From the NCBI GenBank assembly GCA_040143965.1, contig JASJQH010000033.1:1-42843 (forward strand): a stretch of 42,843 nucleotides of DNA, written 5' to 3'. Positions 37,665-42,843 of the stretch are shown piece by piece; position 1 is the stretch's first letter, and every line of letters starts with the position of its first letter. A program made the position numbers and the translations under genes. The notes beneath the pieces were generated by a model. The model was not told the DNA's origin and searched no databases. It saw only the letters and a list, made by a program, of their open reading frames with translations. The DNA is from Basidiobolus ranarum (lineage: Eukaryota).

Positions 37665-38505
37665 CGTTGAAAACTATATTAGAATATTCAAGCTAACAAA
37701 TGAATTTTCGGGTAAAATAAATCTTTATCATATTCCTATATCTATAGAAAGTGTGAGTGGCTAATTGAGAATTCGGATTTTTTTCTCCTACGTTGTCTAA
37801 CTTGTAATTGGAAATGTTGTCTATATATTCTCCCTCATTTCTAACTATATGCGTTTCCTCCCCTCATAATTGTATTGCATGTTAACTGTCATTGGTCGTA
37901 ATCATAATGCATTTCTCACCTTTGGTTTAGATAACACTGTCAAATTTGGTTCGAGCTGTCTCAAAAACATATTTAAACTAAGTGGCAAGAATAAACAACA
38001 GTACTTCAATTGGTACACATTGGGCCGGATGCTACTGATATTACACTCGCTAAAGATATGATTTTTAATGAAGATGAGAAGCTCTCTAAAAGTCATGACA
38101 AATTGGTATAAACATTGGTTAGGTGTAGAGTACTCCACCAATCTGTGGTTCACAAAGGAGGAAATAATTATTTACAAAAGAAACTGGCAAGCTTGTGGGC
38201 AATCCATGCGATATAGCATAGAGCTAAAGCTATGACTCAATCGTCTAATTGATGAAAAGTACAAAGGGAGGGCGGTTGAGGTGGAAAAGGAGGAGAATGT
38301 TATCTTACCAGAGAATAGCTGGGCCAATTTCGAACGTATGAAGAAAAGTACTGAATATTCAAGTGACTTAATATTTACATGCGCGAATTTTTCGAATAGA
38401 AAGATAGAGAATGCAACAGTATCTGTCATGGGCGAAGAGTAGGAATATATGTATGTATGTGTATATAAAGAATGGAAAATAAATGACGAAACCTAAACAC
38501 ATGGT

Positions 38506-40759
38506 TTACCCTTCAAATGCAGAGGCACCACGTAGTCTACTAGTCAATGAACTGGAGGATTTAGAGTCTTCCATAAGACTCTGCCATCTAGAAATTCGCG
38601 AAGATGGGCTAGGGGAAAGAGGCGGTTCAGCGTACGAATTACGATCGATTCGTGAGCTGTGGCCAAGGCGACGACTATGCAGATTAGGTGATGATATATC
38701 GGATCTTGTGTATCTTGATCCCATATCTTCTGAAGAAGCTTGACGTCTATACCCGACATCCTCTACAATTCCATACTTCTTTGAATCATGGGTAATTAGC
38801 TTTCCATAAGATTCATCCGAAAGTGGCGAAATGGGCCTGCGAGTTCCAACAGACCCTTCACCTTCCCCAAACATTTCATGCACATGCTCAAACTGTTCAA
38901 TCATCGTTTGCAACGCCAGCTCGTTTAAGTCCTGAATTCTTTGTATTTCTGAGGCAATCAAACGAGTTCTAGAATCTTCAGCCAGCGTATCTAGAGCCAT
39001 TTTCACTCGATGTACTGCTCGGAATATTTCAAATTTAACTTCATTAATTTTACGAGGGCGAGCATCCACACTGGGATTTTGTGATGTAGTATCGGACAAT
39101 TGTCGGTCTGCGTAGTGAGCTTCCGAGGATAGTTGAGAAGAATACTCACTGCGTAGATCTCCAAGGTTGGAGATGGTGTGACGATTTCTTCTAGACCTCT
39201 CTGACGTTAAGCTTCGGGTGGCATGGAGAGAACTAGTACTAGGGGATGGCGCACGAGGAATCCTTCTGGCATCGGATACTCTAGGAGAGCTACGATATTT
39301 TGTATCACGCGGAGAGGTCATTGGCGAGTGTGCTGAATTAGGTACAAAATCAGATAGGTTCGAGCGTGATCGTCGCAGAGCATCATTATCGTATCGATCA
39401 AGAAGAGAATGCCGATTTGATTGGTGTCGTAAGTTGGGTGAGTTTGGTGACGGAGAGTTGACTAGAGATCGACGACCGGAGGGAAATTCGTCATGACGAG
39501 GTGAATAAAGTGTGGATGTGTCAACAGATCCTTCTTTGGACGAGACATCATCTCTTAAGTTGTAAGGCTGTCCTGCCATATCGTATTTGTCAGGCTCATT
39601 TCCATGATGCCTAATTCTATCATAAGATGTTCTGCTCAAATCAAAATCTATTCTGCCTCGCTCAACACGAGTCGAGCGAGATCGAAGCAACGAAAGATCA
39701 TCATGACTAGATCCTTTTATTGTGTTGTAGTATGGACTTCTAGATGAGTAGCCATAGTCAGATTTGTTCATGCTTTCAGGATTGAATCCGTAAGGACTGG
39801 GGGAGCGACGAGAAGTGATCGAATCGAACTCATCCTGATAAGGTCCATAGCCCTTAGTCTCTCGATCTATAAATGGGCTCCAATGCTTCGTATCATTCCT
39901 ACGACTGGAATAATCATCTCTATAAGACCTGTTACTAATATACCCATGCGTTTCCAATGGTGGCACTGACATGTAGTTTTTATCCAAGTAGTCATCTTCG
40001 TATATAGTACCTTCTCGGTTTCTGAATGTAGACCTTGAATCATTGTGGCTTTTGCCAAAGGAATGGTTTTGGTACAGGCTTTGTGATCTTCTTCGACCTG
40101 TACTAGAAAGAGGTGCTTCATAAACACTATCTTCGCCATAAACTGAAAACGTTGGTGGTTCCACATCTAGAATATGAGTATGTTCGGAGTATTGGATAGA
40201 ATTACACAAGCTGTCAGTATCATCAGGAGTACATTCTCCATCTTGAATATCATATTGCTCTGTATACTCGTTGTAAGGCTGAAGATACATTGGGTCAATC
40301 TCTTCAGTATCCCCAGTGTCTGAAAGTGACTCGAGATTAGTATTGGCGTTTACAGGCGAGCGAAGCCCACTCGTAGGTGATAAAGAAGGGAAGGTGGCCT
40401 GAGGATCCACACTCAACGACTGATCATCATCTAAGCTCACTTCTGGAGGAGTAGCAAGACGTTCGTTCAAAGTAAGCTTTTCAAAACTTTCTAGTAGGAT
40501 ACTAGGTGAAGCACGAGAAACTATGAATATAAACCATTTAGAGAGTGTAAATTAAAGTAAGTGAAATTTCACCTCATTTGTTAGAACAATATATACTTTC
40601 TGTAACATCACTTTCTCTATCGCTGATAGACTCCTTTTGTGTTTGGTGATATTCTTTAACAGCTTGTAATTCTTGGCGATAGGCTTTGATCTTACTATCT
40701 AACCTTTGTATAAAACTTGAAGAAGCTTCAACGTTCAAGGGGCTATCGGATTCGCTCAT
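38506..40759 (-). CDS. Large S/R/D-rich disordered protein with terminal helical segments, 2 exons, unknown function
   Basis: Exon 1 (MSESDSP...VTE, phase-1 donor GTATAT) splices in frame via TTCATAG to the 654-aa ORF; no family recognised. Confidence 0.75.
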
Positions 40760-41566
40760 TCTATGAGGTCAAACAAGTAATCTCGTACTTCAAAAAGAAT
40801 CGAGTATATTTAGGGTATCCTTTGCAACAAAGAATCAACTAAACACAAGTAGAAATATACTGATTAACGAAGTCAAATCAAAGGTGTCGATAAATAAAGA
40901 ACCAAAAGAAATGTAAGCTGTGGACGAAGCAAGCTGTTTGGGACAAAGTGAATTAAACACTAACAAACTTTTTACTAAAGATTCAACCAAAATATAAGGA
41001 GTTCAGGGAGAAAATAAATCACTCCTCTAAATCAAAACAATAGAAACAATGCAAATATTTATAGAGCAAATCAAATATCTAATTCCAACAATGGTAAATT
41101 CTTATATTTGCTCATCGTTTTAGAATCGCCATAAATCGGGGTTTTAAAGTTGAATTAGTTTGATTTAATATAATCTCTGATGAAATTGGATCAAATAGGC
41201 AAGACGCAGGAACTGACTACATGCTCTGCAAAAACATAAATTACATGCAATTTCAATGAAACAGATCTTCATATCTAGCGTTGACAGATTGAATGCTAGT
41301 AATATTATATCTGAATATGCTCAAGATTCTATCTAATGTTAGTAACATATATAGTGAGTTTTCTTAGCGTTTGCTTGTCGGTACAATGACCATCGTCAAA
41401 GTAGTTCCCTTTAGTAGCTACATCACTACTGTGCGAATTCAATCTGCTATATGATGATCACACTTCGATAATGTACAGAACCAAATTAAGTATTTTTATC
41501 AAGTAAACAACAGTGTAAGAAGAAAGAAAACTCGTCGATATAAGCAGCAGAATTACATGATGACGT

Positions 41567-42514
41567 TCACGCAGCGATCGTTCTAAACCATAATTTATAT
41601 GTGCTCAGTACTCCTGAAATTAAACTGACGCTAGCGTGAAACAGTGGCGAGAATTTACATTCGAAAATATCGTAGCTACAGAATATTCCGTCACAAAGCA
41701 ATTTTACCACATTCAAACAAGACCAAAATAGCTGATCGAGTGTTTTCACTTCGTCCCTCTTACCGGTGTCCATTTTGAGGGTGTTTAGTAATTTGAACGA
41801 TTCTTGAATGCTGTCTTGAGAATCCAAAACAATGTTTATCATCCACAGCCGCAGTGATAGTCTGCCGGTCCGCCGACCCACCTCTGGAGAAAGAACACCA
41901 AGCTTAGAGAGACAAAACAAGTCGTCGGATAGAGTGTTTACAAGACTTACTGCGGTTTTGAATACCACGCGGATATACAAATATAACTGAACTGAGCTAT
42001 AACCCTTGAGCTGGTTTAGTTTCCCGTACTCCGTGTTCAATTTGTTGTATGGCTCTACACAGTTCCCCAATCTTAGTATCTTTCTAGTGTTGGAAAACGA
42101 GCTAGATAAGGCTGACAATCGTTTACGGAGAGCAGGGTGACGTCCGGGTTGACGAAAGTATGTGATCATTACAATTTTGAGGACATATTGGATCAGCTTC
42201 ATTAGTTTATCACGGCCGTCAGTTATGTTGAGTATTTTCCGAAAAACATCTATAAATGAGGGCTTTTTAGTTGGAGGTGATACATCGTGACTGGCTGGGT
42301 GAGTTTGCTTCGGAGGCTTTAATGAGCACACATTATCAGTGGTGTGGATTTCAATTTTAGTCACGTGAGGACGATTAGAGGAGAGAGAAGTATCCAATTC
42401 AGCTGACACTACAGTTGACGCAGAGTTGGAAGGCAGTTTTGGCGGTAACTTGTCTTTCTGGCTTGTCATGGTATCAGGGTACGAGTGTTGGATGGTCGAA
42501 GTAGGGATTGGCAT
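41567..42514 (-). CDS. PEX11: PEX11-family peroxisomal membrane protein (~315 aa)
   Basis: DGRDKLMKLIQY, SNTRKILRLGN, VKLLCDGIF, C-terminal hydrophobic helix ending YKLW; first ATG 42514 (alternative 42469); TATATAAATA at 42664-42673 on the minus strand. Subfamily uncertain. Confidence 0.85.
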   Translation of the reverse strand: MPIPTSTIQHSYPDTMTSQKDKLPPKLPSNSASTVVSAELDTSLSSNRPHVTKIEIHTTDNVCSLKPPKQTHPASHDVSPPTKKPSFIDVFRKILNITDGRDKLMKLIQYVLKIVMITYFRQPGRHPALRKRLSALSSSFSNTRKILRLGNCVEPYNKLNTEYGKLNQLKGYSSVQLYLYIRVVFKTAVSLVNTLSDDLFCLSKLGVLSPEVGRRTGRLSLRLWMINIVLDSQDSIQESFKLLNTLKMDTGKRDEVKTLDQLFWSCLNVVKLLCDGIFCSYDIFECKFSPLFHASVSLISGVLSTYKLWFRTIAA

Positions 42515-42843
42515 GATGATCCAAGATACGAATTCACTAAAGGAAAGGGAGATGATGTGCTTCCGACTTGCCAATGAGTCCTCAAGTCATTAAAGGGCTA
42601 GCAAAAGTATGTAACAAGAACGACTGACGAGCAAGTGAAACATTCACCCTCCCAGGAAGCCCGTATTTATATAGAAGAGCATCTCATCTTGCACTTCCAA
42701 AAGAAGAAATCTGTTTCAAGTTTATCAAATACCTGGTCAGTGTTATCGCGTGCAATCTTAGCTCATCTCTGATGCTATCCAATCCACCAGACCAATCCAC
42801 ACTATTATGTCAACAGTTTGTATTGTGAATAAGCAGCATTGGT

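Noticed and set aside
40815..40824. Perfect U12-type 5' splice site GTATCCTTTG
   Set aside because: On the plus strand where no gene is evident; the adjacent gene is on the minus strand, and all introns I traced are U2-type GT-AG.
41336..41348. Pseudo-palindrome ATGTTAGTAACAT containing a Yap1-type site
   Set aside because: Single AT-rich occurrence near a gene of unknown function; expected by chance.

Overview
AT-rich, intron-rich eukaryotic nuclear DNA from a fungus. Short GT-AG introns with CTAAC-type branch points, plus CP2/Grainyhead and RCC1L-like genes, suggest an early-diverging lineage (Mucoromycota/Zoopagomycota; inference). The window is mostly a dense housekeeping region: ATX1, SVF1, PRE4 (proteasome beta7), TRP2, PRE10 (proteasome alpha7), SRP40/Nopp140, IPP1, ERV1, poly(A) polymerase, MFAP1, a metal-less Fe/Mn-SOD-fold mitoribosomal protein, a CP2/Grainyhead transcription factor, an RCC1L-like protein and a PEX11 protein, plus about six orphan or uncharacterised ORFs. 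Most unusual elements: (1) three identical, intronless tRNA-Arg(CCG) genes in alternating orientation within 7.3 kb, interleaved with protein genes; (2) the first ~1.5 kb is almost free of CpG (1 CG in 1-1493), holds a ruined ORF and ends in a hairpin + CTAG|T resembling a Helitron 3' end; (3) an intronless gene with two tandem copies of an uncharacterised conserved fungal domain; (4) several readable cis-element clusters (Gcn4-type sites before TRP2, tandem STREs, repeated motifs). I cannot demonstrate a genuinely new biological system from sequence alone; these are the best leads. Exon boundaries were read by eye.
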